A stretch of 64,000 nucleotides of DNA from the NCBI GenBank assembly GCA_002269645.1, contig NIVC01000031.1, positions 868,001-932,000 on the forward strand, written 5' to 3'. A program made the position numbers and the translations under genes. Below are positions 33,779 to 45,061 of the stretch, piece by piece (within the stretch, counting starts at the first letter, position 1; each line of letters begins with the position of its first letter). The DNA is from Macrostomum lignano (Eukaryota). The notes beneath the pieces are model-generated. The model had not been told where the DNA came from. It searched no databases and was given only the letters and a program-made list of their open reading frames with translations.

Positions 33779-35161
33779 ACCATTGCATGTAGCTCTAACA
33801 CTTATTAAATATAATATACGGGCTACAAATAAACCTTGCTTTATAAAATCTAATCGTCGTTTAATACCTGAAGCTGAGTCGTATAAGAGTTCTAGAACAA
33901 GAAATGGCAGAAAAATGAAACAAATATTACGAGCATATTATTAGTTTAATTTTTGTAATAGTGACTACGAAATGAATAATACAATCTGGGATGCGAGTAT
34001 TTATATTTTCTCAAAATCTAAATGTAAATCGATTTTCGACCCTCTAATTGGTCTAGGTGTACCCGGGCCATCGGCATCGGCGCATAGCAACTCTGCCGGG
34101 CATGTGGGAGCGCACCATCACCGTTGGCAGCGCTGGTAAAACGTTCAGCGCAACTGGCTGGAAGCTCGGATGGTCAATTGGACCGGAAGAGCTGATCAAG
34201 CATCTGCAGGTGGTGCACAGGAACTGCTGTTACACTTGTCCAACTCCGTCGCAGGTGAGAAATAAGACAACTCTATTGGAGGTTAACAGTGAATCTTTGT
34301 CCAGTTGACTCTTTGTCCACTTGACTCTTTGTCCACTTGACTCTGTCCACTTGACTCTTTGTCCACTTGACTCTTTGTCCACTTGACTCTTTGTCCACTT
34401 GACTCTTTGTCCACTTGACTCTTTGTCCACTTGACTCTTTGTCCACTTGACTCTTTGTCCACTTGACTCTTTGTCCACTTGACTCTTTGTCCACTTGACT
34501 CTTTGTCCACTTGACTCTTTGTCCACTTGACTCTTTGTCCACTTGACTCTTTGTCCACTTGACTCTTTGTCCACTTGACTCTTTGTCCACTTGACTCTTT
34601 GTCCACTTGACTCTTTGTTCACTTGACTCTCACTGTCTCATATGATTATTTGTCCTCTTCACTTTATCTGTTTGAATCTTTGTCCACTTAAATATATTTC
34701 CTAGCGGTCGTTTACTTAATGTCATAATGTCAAACGAACAATTTCAGGACCATTTGTGAATGTGATTCATTGGGGAATCGCTCACATGTTGCAGGACTCA
34801 AAACGAATTCGAAGACTTGTAGATATTTTCTCATATGCCAAGTGCTCGCGTACTACATCACTAAATCTACGCCACTTTGAATTTTAACTACTACAAGTAA
34901 TCCAACCTAAATCTCTCAGGAAGCAGTTGGCATTGCACTGGAGGCGGAGCTGGAGAGGCGCGGCACTCCTGAATGCTATTTCAACGCCCTGCCAACCGAG
35001 CTGCTGTCGAAACGGGACCGACTGGCTGAGCTGGTTGAATCAGCGGGGCTTCCGGTCTACTTGCCCGCTGGCGGATACTTTATGGTGGGCCCTTTTTTAA
35101 GTGTCTTTTTCTGTTATTCTGCATTAGCCTTTCATTTGGTCCTAGTGTGTCTGTCTGTCTG

Positions 35162-35194
<33 letters not shown>

Positions 35195-35283
35195 GTTTCT
35201 GTCTGTCTGTCTGCTTGTCTGTCTTTCTGTCTGTCTTAGTATCTGTCTGTCTGTCTGTGTCTGCCTGTCTGTCTGTGTCTGCC

Positions 35284-35316
<33 letters not shown>

Positions 35317-35345
35317 GCTTGTCTATCTGTCTGTCTGTCTTAGTA

Positions 35346-35424
<79 letters not shown>

Positions 35425-35521
35425 GCCTGTCTGTGTTTCTGTCTGTCTGTCTGTGTTTCTGTCTGTCTGTCTGCTTGTCTGTCTGTCTGTCTGTCTTAGT
35501 ATCTGTCTGTCTGTCTTAGTA

Positions 35522-35576
<55 letters not shown>

Positions 35577-36037
35577 GCTTGTCTATCTGTCTGTCTGTCT
35601 GTCTGCCTGTCTGTGTTTCTGTCTGTCTGTCTGTCTGTCTGCTTGTCTGTCTGTCTGTCTGTCTTAGTATCTGTCTGTCTGTCTGTGTCTGCCTGTCTGT
35701 CTGTCAGTCTGTCTGTCTGTCTGTCTGTCTGTCTGTGTCTGTCTCTCATCTCACCAGCAACTCGCCGCCTCAGATCGTGGACATCTCTAGCCTGCCGGAG
35801 CCGCCGCCGGCCACCGGCAGCCCAGACGATCCTCTTGGCGAGCTTCGGGACGCCCGACTGGTCCGCTGGCTGACCCGGGAGCGCCAGCTGGCCACAATCC
35901 CCTGCTCCTGCTTCTACGGCCAAGCCGACAGGCATCTGGGCGAGAATTTCATTCGCCTGTGCTTCATCAAAGAGGACGAAACGATTGAGCAGTTTGGCAG
36001 AGGTCTGCTCAATTGGTTGAAGCCGGGGTCGTGCTAG
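31844..36037 (+). CDS. KYAT: Kynurenine--oxoglutarate aminotransferase (KYAT1/3-like), canonical paralog b (exons 31844-31905, 31998-32049, 32218-32316, 32393-32863, 34057-34254, 34920-35084, 35774-36037)
   Basis: [67 protein letters not shown] and FIRLCFIK are all canonical. Splice phases are consistent. Confidence 0.92.
33455..33775 (+). mobile_element. tRNA-derived CORE-type SINE with (TAT)n tail
   Basis: A-box TAGCCTAGTGG and B-box GGTTCGATTCC, followed by GTGTCCTTGAGCAAGACACTTAACTCTCTG...CTGTAAAATGGG, which resembles the MIR/CORE consensus, and a (TAT)n tail. Confidence 0.82.
34310..34625. repeat. Intronic minisatellite, 16-bp unit (TTGACTCTTTGTCCAC)
   Basis: About 19 near-perfect copies in KYAT-b intron 5. 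Confidence 0.97.
35140..35745. repeat. (TCTG)n microsatellite in KYAT-b intron 6
   Basis: Direct reading. Confidence 0.97.
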
Positions 36038-36868
36038 GACTGAAGTGCGGCTACTAAATGCCTACTGCATTGGGCTGGTGAAAGCTTTGATTTAATCTTT
36101 CGACAATCACTGGCATCCAAATGCATCCTAAGTTGTCAGTTTTACCAGTATCATACATTGCTTCATTTGAATGATTTTCAATAAGAAATTGAATGGTATT
36201 TTCGTGTTTGAGAAGTTCAGCGTTACTAACTCTATAATACTTGACAGGAGTTCTTTTTAGTTACTATTCATGTTTTTTTAGTTACATCTTACTTCTTTTT
36301 TGTTTTCTAGACTTTGGAAACTTGTCAATCACAACGATAGATCAATAGATTAGTATATCTCCTGATATCGTGATTTTTTAGCTCAAAACTGTAAAGCTGT
36401 CGACGAGCGCATGTTTATTGAAATTAAAGCTTTGATCAGGCAATAAACGTGTATACAAAGAAAAACTGCATTGAAGGATTATACACACCGAGTAGTTAGA
36501 AAAAAATGTAATATTACGTTCGTTATGTCATACTTCTATAATTTTAATAGTGCATTTCTGTTCACTAATTATTTTAGACACAAAAATTGTACTTTTGTTA
36601 GATATTGAGATTCCGTTGATGCTGACCAAGATTTTTGCATAAAAGTAAATCAAAAAGTGCATATTTATTACAGATTATTGTTTAATAACAAATTAGTATT
36701 ATAAGACTTGTTCATACCAATGTTTCATGTACACCAGCCGCGAGAATCAATGTCTAATTGGATGGAATGTGCAATGCGACATTTAACCATTGAAACACTT
36801 ATTCAAAGATACCGCCGATTCTGTTACTTCCCGCCTTTAGGTTTTGTTATCATAGACTGTTGATTTCG

Positions 36869-38419
36869 CTAAACAGCAGCTAAGCAAAAGCGTATTTTGT
36901 TTAGTCTCTTGTGTTGCATCTCGCGCTTGAATAATACAGCCATCCAGTTCATGAATGACTCCTTCCGACAGCAGCCAGCCAGTGTTCTGCACGTTTGCGG
37001 GTTCGCGCCACTGATCTCGAGTTCCAGTTGGCCGACTTCAGTGAACCGGAAGTTGGTGCGCAAGTTTGCTAGGCTCTCTTCTATTCCGGTATCCGAGTCC
37101 GATACTTGTCGAGGTTCTTCCTCTTCCAACAAAAAACTGGAGACATTGTCCGCGTGTAGTTTGAGCACCTCCTCGATGCGGCACTTCTCCTCGTCGGTGA
37201 GCTCGCTGCTGCCGTCAGTTGATACCGAATAGAGCAGCTTGACGACTCTTCGCACGCTTGGTATCTGCGGGCAAACTCTGTTACCAGGCAAGCCGGTGTC
37301 TGTTGGAGTCGGCTCTTCGGCATCGGCCTCAGCCTCCGTGTCGATGAGCTGCGGCAGATCTGCACCATCAGGTGTTGACTCGCTGCTGCCTTGCAGAGCT
37401 GGTCTCGGATTCTCGATGGCAAGTTTAGACTCGATCAGGTTAGCATCGTGCCTCTGGTCTGGGCTCCAACTGAGCAGATTCTCAACCAGCCTCCATAGAT
37501 TATCTGTCAACGGGAATACTGACTTACTGCGATCGAGGACCACCTTCCAGTCTTCGTTGCTAGTTGGCCTCGACAGCGTCATGGCTCCGAAAGCCTCTGG
37601 TAGGTCTAATTCCAAGTCTGGAGTGCTTGGAATTTCCAACCGTTGAAAGAGACGCTCTTCGTAGCTGTCGAAAGGCCTCTGTCGATAGATGGATTCGCAA
37701 ATCAGTATGCCAAACGAATAACAATCAGCTTTAAAATCGTAGCGCAGCTTCTTGCCGCCGTTACGCCAGTTGTGCACTTCTGGCGCCATCCAACGCCATG
37801 TGCCGATGTCAACCGTCATACCATCGGGATCGTAGTAGCGGCTCATGTCAAAGTCGCACACCTTGCATAGCCTTTTTCCTTCGAATAGGAGCACGTTGGA
37901 ACTCTTAAGATCGCGGTGCACTATACCATTATTATGCAGGTACGCCATGGCTTCGGCTACCTGGCGAAGCCAATTAATACAGTGATACCAGGTATAGCCA
38001 CCATCTCCAGTCGGGTAGGTGAACTCACTGTTGCTCTTCCTCTTGGCTGTGAGAGCAAACTGGAGGCTGCACTCGCCGAGCTCCATAAAAATGACGGGCC
38101 AACTCTTTGGATTATTCTCATCAACTTCCAGGGTGCAATCCAGCACGGTGACAATATTCTTGTGATCGCACTTGGACAAAAGCTCATATTCTTTCTGGCA
38201 TAGTTCCTTCATGTCCTTTTTGCTAATACTTCCGCAGTACTGCTTCATAGCAACGAAATCGCCTTTAGAAAGCAATGCGATCGTGTCGCCCTCCAATAAG
38301 AAGTCCTCCTGCAGCTCCTTTTTGTAGATTCGATGATTGGATCGGGCCATCAGCGAGCGTCCTGTCTCGCTGTTTTCAATCGAGACGCACCGATTCAGAC
38401 CTTTATTAGAACCTGCCAT
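36869..38419 (-). CDS. Intronless TAK1/MAP3K7-like (TKL group) protein kinase with DFD motif, paralog 1 (~516 aa)
   Basis: VAMK, alphaC Glu (KEYELL), YTWYHCINWLRQVAEAMAYLH (cf. TAK1 [21 protein letters not shown]), HRDLKSSN, KVCDFD, GTWRWMAPE and KADCYSFG. First ATG at 38419. Confidence 0.85.
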   Translation of the reverse strand: MAGSNKGLNRCVSIENSETGRSLMARSNHRIYKKELQEDFLLEGDTIALLSKGDFVAMKQYCGSISKKDMKELCQKEYELLSKCDHKNIVTVLDCTLEVDENNPKSWPVIFMELGECSLQFALTAKRKSNSEFTYPTGDGGYTWYHCINWLRQVAEAMAYLHNNGIVHRDLKSSNVLLFEGKRLCKVCDFDMSRYYDPDGMTVDIGTWRWMAPEVHNWRNGGKKLRYDFKADCYSFGILICESIYRQRPFDSYEERLFQRLEIPSTPDLELDLPEAFGAMTLSRPTSNEDWKVVLDRSKSVFPLTDNLWRLVENLLSWSPDQRHDANLIESKLAIENPRPALQGSSESTPDGADLPQLIDTEAEADAEEPTPTDTGLPGNRVCPQIPSVRRVVKLLYSVSTDGSSELTDEEKCRIEEVLKLHADNVSSFLLEEEEPRQVSDSDTGIEESLANLRTNFRFTEVGQLELEISGANPQTCRTLAGCCRKESFMNWMAVLFKREMQHKRLNKIRFCLAAV

Positions 38420-39047
38420 TCTACTCAGTTCGCTTGTTTGCACTGTTGGAATAGTTTAAAATGCTATTATCTTGCTTCACTATTTTATGTGTGTTCACTA
38501 TTATTGCTCTTGCGGACAACTGCATGTAGCACTTGCCTTCAAGGTCACAGCGCTTTAGCTTTTATGCGATATTCTGTACAGTAAACTGAGCCGTGGTAAA
38601 TGAGGAGGAGGGGGGGGGCAGAATTTTCACTCGCAAAAGAGAACAAGCCACTTTGACAGTGTCATTGCGGCCGGCTTGCTGAAACACCATATTGTACGCA
38701 AAATCTGGGGTTTGGGGCTTAAGTCTCTTTAGTTTCTGTTAACAACCCCAGTGGAAACCTGTCTGCCCCTACAGACGGTATTGTGCGCACATGTGTACAC
38801 TCGCTCTTTCCACAGTTAGTCAGCCTAGACTAAATCTAATAGCGTTTGTTAAAACACCGCGCGCACACACCTCAGATAGCGACTCATTTTCTGCTCAGCA
38901 GAGTACAGTGGATGAAAAGTTACAAAAAAATAAGTGGAACTTCCCTTGCAAAGCAGTTAACATAAAAGACCTTGCTTGTCTTTTTTAGCTCTTAGCTATA
39001 CTGAATTGTTTTTTTCTGAATAGCTAATAACAGATTTGGTTCGAAAA

Positions 39048-40553
39048 ATGCCAAGAGTAGACTCGCCAATAGACAGTCTGTACCACTGTCTGGATTTGGA
39101 GACCAAAAAAGAAATCGCCATCTCTCAGCAGAGCAGCAACTACGTTAGAATTCATTCAGTCAAGCTGAAAAGAAACTGGGCTAACGGATTTCTTTTACCA
39201 GAGCTGACTGAAAGAACTACTGTGGCTATGAAGGAGATTACTAGAAGCGCGCCTCAGATAAGTCCAATCGAAATCTGCAAAAGAGAATTTAATCGCCTGA
39301 GAGATTTGTCACACAATAACATCGTGATTGTGTACGAAGCCTGCCTGACTGTCGATCCCAACGACCCGTCGAGCGTTCCGTCCTACTTGATGGAGATCGG
39401 GGAGTGCAGCCTCAGCTTTGTAATGTGCAACAAACTGCAGGATTCAACTCACATCGTACCAGTGATGAGCGATGGCTTGGCTAGAGATCCTACAAATAAT
39501 ATTTACTACACGAAGCAGCACTTATTCCATTGGCTGATTCAGGTGGCCGATGCCATGCAGTACCTTCACGAGAGCGGTTTAATCCATCGTGATGTGAAAG
39601 GAGCAAACGTGTTAATGTTTGATAAGAAGACTAAATGCAAGCTTTGCGATTTCGACACTTGCCGTGAAGTCGACCCCGAAGGCATGACGCCCAAAGTCGG
39701 AACCGATCGCTGGAGAGCACCGGAGCTGCGAAAGCCCACTGACGGCCTCAGAGCACGGTACAACAAAGCGTGCGACCGATTTTCATTCGGCGTTCTCATG
39801 TGCGAGGCGGTTTTCCGCGAATTGCCGTTCCAAGACTATCCGGACAGCGCCTTCACCGCATGCGATGAGGACATACCAAATATCTTAGCCAACGAAGCCA
39901 ATGGTGCTATGCTGATTCGCAAGTGCGTAAGCGGGCCAGTAGTGGAAATCAACAAAAGCAAATCTGTGTTCAAGGAGCTGCCAAATAGCTTTTGGCAGCA
40001 ATTGGAGAATCTGCTCTCCTGGTCAGCGGATAGACGCAATCTCTTTTCTGCTGTGAAAAGTACTCTAACCAACTGTTTAGAGAGTTTAACAACTAGTGAC
40101 CTGCCAATCATCTTAGTAGACAAGTCGGGACAGAGAACTGACACAGGGACGCTTGCTGTCACAGAAGTTCCAAGTCGACACAGGAGATATGTGAGAAAAC
40201 GCGTTGTCTACTCATTGAGCGTAGAGTTGGACGCGGAACATCAGGAACAATTGATTACCAGTCTGCGCAAGTTTTCCGGTCAAATCAACGTGCAGGCTGG
40301 AGTACCGAACGATCAATTAAAAAACGTTCGTCACGAGTACAGCTTTGTGCAGCCTAAGGAGCTCATTCACGACATCAAGTCGCTACAGCAACAGCTCGTC
40401 GATGAAGTGTCGGAGTATTGCTCCAATGCTGATAAAAAGTTCACTAAGTGGTTAGAAGACCGTTTCGAATTTGAACCGGATATCCAAATTCGCGGCATCA
40501 AATTTTCGGCTTTGGTAGGTCAGGGCAATCTTCAGCCTGGAGCTGAAGAATAA
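39048..40553 (+). CDS. Intronless TAK1/MAP3K7-like protein kinase with DFD motif, paralog 2 (~501 aa)
   Basis: VAMK, KREFNRL, YTKQHLFHWLIQVADAMQYLH, HRDVKGAN, KLCDFD, GTDRWRAPE and ACDRFSFG. First ATG at 39048. Confidence 0.85.
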   Translation: MPRVDSPIDSLYHCLDLETKKEIAISQQSSNYVRIHSVKLKRNWANGFLLPELTERTTVAMKEITRSAPQISPIEICKREFNRLRDLSHNNIVIVYEACLTVDPNDPSSVPSYLMEIGECSLSFVMCNKLQDSTHIVPVMSDGLARDPTNNIYYTKQHLFHWLIQVADAMQYLHESGLIHRDVKGANVLMFDKKTKCKLCDFDTCREVDPEGMTPKVGTDRWRAPELRKPTDGLRARYNKACDRFSFGVLMCEAVFRELPFQDYPDSAFTACDEDIPNILANEANGAMLIRKCVSGPVVEINKSKSVFKELPNSFWQQLENLLSWSADRRNLFSAVKSTLTNCLESLTTSDLPIILVDKSGQRTDTGTLAVTEVPSRHRRYVRKRVVYSLSVELDAEHQEQLITSLRKFSGQINVQAGVPNDQLKNVRHEYSFVQPKELIHDIKSLQQQLVDEVSEYCSNADKKFTKWLEDRFEFEPDIQIRGIKFSALVGQGNLQPGAEE

Positions 40554-41414
40554 TGAAACTCTGCGCTAAACTTTGAGTTATTCGCTTTCTAAATTACGCT
40601 TGTTGAGTTGAGATCAAGGTAAACTTTCAGTAAAGTTAGTAGTTCTCTGTTAAGTAAAAATGAGGGCAAAAACAAGGCCACTTTTTGAACCATGCAGTGT
40701 CCATGGCTGTGATTTATTATTTTTTCTTTTTATTTTTTAGTATTTATTAGACTAGAACTTTAAGACTTTTGCCTCCAATAAGGTCGCCAACTGAATGTTA
40801 TTCATGTGATAGCAATAAGAGCTTTAGCTGCCTCTTTTTTCAAGCAATGGCCACTTTTTAATCAACTTAGTTGATCAATCGAAAAATACACAAAAGTTTG
40901 GTTTGGTTTGATTTTAAAATTTTAAAAGGCCTATTAATATTTTAGAATATTATTATGAAATTTTAACTATAGCTACAAGTAGCAGTGCTTTTTCCTACTT
41001 GCAAAAAACAAATACAAGTTTGTGTTTTGCTTCTGCTTCAATTGTTTTTTACTAACGGCTAAGTCTGCATGTGCCAGCAACGGAGCAATCAGGTGCATCG
41101 CGGGTCAATTCCGTGTTTACTTGTGGGGTCCTCTACAGCGGGTCCACCCCAACTGCCAGCCGACAATTGCCAGCCGACAACTGCCAGCCGACTGCCAGCT
41201 CTTTCAAAGAAAGAGCAAAGGCTACCTAAAATACGAAATTTGAATGCCTTCTCCTTCGCATATATACTTCTAAAGTTCTAATGGAAATCTGAAAAAATTA
41301 GGGAAGGGAAGGGCGACATTTAAGGCTACCCCACAAGCCTTTTGCTAGCCAAACAGTTTCGTGCTTTTTACTTAGCTGATAAGTAGGCTACAGTAGATTC
41401 AATTAGCTAGAACT

Positions 41415-41730
41415 TGTCGGCTGGCAGTTGTCGGCTGGCAGTTGTCGGCTGGCAGTTTTCCGGCTGGCAGTTTTCTCGGCTGGCAGTTGTCGACTGGCAA
41501 TTGTCGACTGGCAGTTGTCGGCTGACAGTTTTCCGGCTGGCAGTTTTCTCGGCTGGCAATTGTCGGCTGGCATTTTTCGGCTGGCAGTTGTCGACTGGCA
41601 GTTGTCGGCTGGCAGTTGTCGGCTGGCAATTGTCGGCTGGCAGTTTTCCGGCTGGCAGTTGTCGGCTGGCAGTTTTCTGGCTGGCAGTTGTCGACTGGCA
41701 GTTGTCGGCTGGCAGTTTTCTGGCTGGCAG
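41415..41730. repeat. Minisatellite, 14-15-bp unit (GTTGTCGGCTGGCA / GTTTTCCGGCTGGCA)
   Basis: Tandem copies, with inverted short copies at ~41150-41195. Confidence 0.9.
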
Positions 41731-41829
41731 TTGGGGTGCTCCCCTCTACAGAAATGGTGGTGCAGCCGTTGCTTATGCAGAATAAGTCACGATCGGTTTG
41801 CTTTCCCCCCGACCTAAGCGTAGCGTCAA

Positions 41830-41945
41830 CTCCGCTGAAGACGCCGCCGAATCTGCCGTTGCCGTGGTGTAGCCGTCTCCAGCTCTGCCGCGGGCCCAGT
41901 TATCGGTCAGACTGCCACCTCGCTCGCTGTCGCGGCAGTTTCGCC
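41830..41945 (-). pseudogene. Decayed fragment of the glycine-rich last exon of the PAN-GRD gene family
   Basis: Reads SERGGSLTDNWARGRAGDG, then frameshifts to GNGRFGG, homologous to GERGGGLANGWAGGRAGDGCTGYGGFGG of the intact copies. Confidence 0.7.
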
Positions 41946-43089
41946 TCTGCTGACTTTAAGCACTCACGCGCAATTGTAGGCAAATGCTCGCACAAGGTGT
42001 ACAGCGCCACTGAATATATGATTGTCAGGCAAGTACACACTTTGCTCCTTGAGTGTTGACCCTCAGGGGCGTGTATTGCACGACAATTGCCGCAAGACGA
42101 ATTTTCTTGAACGATCTCTGAGCACAAAATCGAACCTCGGCACTTTGGCGCCAGAGGAAGACACGCTGATCAATCCTGCTGCTTGCCTGATTCCTCAGGG
42201 AAAGGTTGAGAGTAGGCATGGGTAGCCTCACAAGACAATGGTTGTTGTCTGGGTTAATTGCTGCCCTACTTGGCGAGGGAATCCTCAAGTTCTTTTACCA
42301 GGATTTGCTGTGACCGGGTGTCCAGTTCATACTAATCCTGTTAAGGACAGTCACCTGTCCTTGTCCCGTCACTATCCCTAAACTGTGTGTCAATGTTCAT
42401 CTACTGATAAGAAGAAAGTATAGAGTGTTTGGTGCGGAAATCTTGCAAGAGTTTAGTTCTAGCTGTTCAGTCTGGCTATTGGGTAGAGTCTAGTCTTGGT
42501 CATTTAGTATGTAAAAGTGTCATTTAGTATGGCTTCCTAGTCATCCGATCGGTTGATGAACTTTTGGGGCAGCATCATCGACAGTGACATCGGTTTATCT
42601 ACTGCGTGTCGAATAAAAGCGTCATTTGGGGGTTGGGACTTTATACCTGTTAAAGAGTACCTATTTACCTAGTGATTTTGTCTATACCTGATCCTCTTAG
42701 GCAATACATGAGTGAGTATTTGCAGAATAGAAAACATATACGAATGGTTTTGTATCTGTCGGCTCTACATTACGATATTTTTCTTTCTGTTCGGTGAAAT
42801 AAATAAAAGTCACTAATGGTCTAGTTAAGATTCAATGATTTTGATGCGACACAATCCGGTTCATGGGTGCTAAAAACACCCATGAGCATATGAATGGGAA
42901 CCTAGTTCCTTCTACTCAATTTATTAGAAATCGAAGGTACGGTCCGTTTCAAAGACCAGAGTGTAACGTTATTCTAGGTATATAGTTCGTAACGTTTTTT
43001 GGTAATCGCAACTGACATGGTCTTCGAGTTAATTTTTTTGCTTGATGCATGGCTCCACACGCAGTTGGTCGATCTCTTTCAATTAAGTC

Positions 43090-45061
43090 TCAAAAACAGT
43101 GTTCCAATGAACCCAGCAGTCGCAACTCAACAAAACCGTGCTCGCTTGCTGCATTTTGTCCTGCAATGGCGGTGCACCCGCTGCCGCCGCAGAACGAGCC
43201 GCCGCCGCCTCCGGCGTTGTCCGCTTTCACGCCGGCACCGCCTCCGCTGAAGCCACCGCCTCCGCCGCTGGCTCCGTTCTTCGATCCGTCCATCTCGATG
43301 CCGCCGCCTCCACCGCCGCCGCCGAATCCACCATAACCGGTGCAGCCGTCTCCAGCTCTGCCGCCGGCCCAGCCGTTTGCCAGGCCGCCGCCTCGCTCGC
43401 CGTCGCTGGAGTTTCGCCTCGGGTTGACGGCGCTGCCCAGCCAGCCGGCGCCGCAGCCACCGTGGGTTGCTCCATAAGTAGTTCTCCAGGGCTCGTTGTA
43501 GCCGGGCTGGCCGTTGACACCTCCCAGACCAATGAATAACCCCTTTTCCGAAATCGAGTCGCTTCCGTTGACTTCCGCTTGACCTGAAAGGCCTGTTGGA
43601 TTGACAATTGGTAAAGGTAGCCTGATATTTAAAAAAATTGCAGGACTGTGGATAAGCAGAAGCAACTTTTTCAGTGACATCTTCCCACGACCAGCGCTGA
43701 GGCAATTTTGCCCATTCTGCTGATTACTGAACTGCAAATACATGTACTGTACGCAGACGCACTAATGCACACTCTCACACAGGGTGTACAGTGGTCCTAA
43801 CGTTCTAATCGTCAGGCATATGTACACTCTTGTGTTAATGTGAACACGCCGAACTGAAGCTTTAAGCATCAGAAAGTCTCCGTGTAAGCGAAGGCAAAGT
43901 TTCAGCAGGAACATGCAAACCGACAGTATTCCTACTACAGTTAAGTTATTAGGATATGCCTTATTACCATCGATTTTCCTGTTCGCACCGCCACCTCCAC
44001 CAGCTGCAATAAGCAGCTGACTGTCAACAGTGCGGTAAACGAAGCTGCCTCCTCCGCCGCCGCAGCTGCAACGTCGTTTGCCTTCGCCGTCAAGCTCGAT
44101 CGAGCCGCCAGCCTGTCCAACAACAATGCTGAGCTGAGTGCCGGCTGTCAGGTTGAAGCTGCCGGCAACCCAGGACCCGTTGCCACCGAGTTTGGATGAG
44201 GCAATGTGATCACCGCCTCTGGCTCCGGCGACCTCAATGCGGTAGCAGCCGGTCAGGGTGATATTCACCTGTTGAATGCTACTGACTCTTCCAGAGCTGC
44301 TGTCTGAAATACATAAATCATACAGAAGTTTAGAAGGATTAAAATGATTAAAATTCAGTAAAAGCAAAGCTCACTTCGCAACTTGATGGTGGTGGCATTG
44401 CTGATCACCGCAGCCAAAGTCGCATTGACTTCGGAGCTTACAAACACCTGCGATCCAACCTCCGATCCCACAGCCGATGAAGTTTCAAAGTTTAAATGTT
44501 TTACAGAAACACCGGTCACTTTTATAAGCTGGCAAACAGATTTTGTAGTCATGACAACGGCTAAGATGCAACCGTGCAGCTGGCAATGAATCACACAGTC
44601 AAGCACTGATGGCAGACCCGTGATGTTGGTCACTTCTGTGCTAACGGCACGAGTGAGGTGAAATGGGCCCTCGATCTTTTGATACTTGGCTCCGGAACAG
44701 AGTCCTAAAGTTTTAAGATGGTTGAAATTAAATACTCGTAGTTTGTAAATGGTTCTGCAATTTCGTGCATTTATCGAGTTTCATGCTTGAGAATTTTTCT
44801 CACTTTGTCATCAACGCTATCTTGTACTTCATGGGCAATTATGAATGAATGCAGATATTTAGTGACAAATGTTTGCAGAAATTACAAATTCAGATTATTT
44901 TAAGTTTGATAAACACTTTCCATGAATAACAATAATATTTTTAGGCACTGGTTGTTTACTCGAGAACAAAAGGTTTGTTTTGGCTTACCTTCCGAACAAC
45001 TAAGCTGTGTACACAACATAATCAAGGCTACCTTGACGACTGCTTTGATTCTGTAGTTCAT
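43090..45061 (-). CDS. Secreted protein: signal peptide + PAN/apple-like domain + ALK/LTK-type glycine-rich domain, copy A (exons 45061-44989, 44704-44375, 44303-43968, 43583-43090; 410 aa)
   Basis: Signal MNYRIKAVVKVALIMLC; PAN-like DCVIHCQLHGC...CQL; GCYRIEVAGARGG...VAGSFNLTAGTQLSIVVGQAG...GGGGGSFV...LLIAAGGGGG matches the ALK/LTK extracellular TNF-like/Gly-rich module. All introns are phase 1. No TM segment or kinase domain precedes the stop. Confidence 0.82.
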
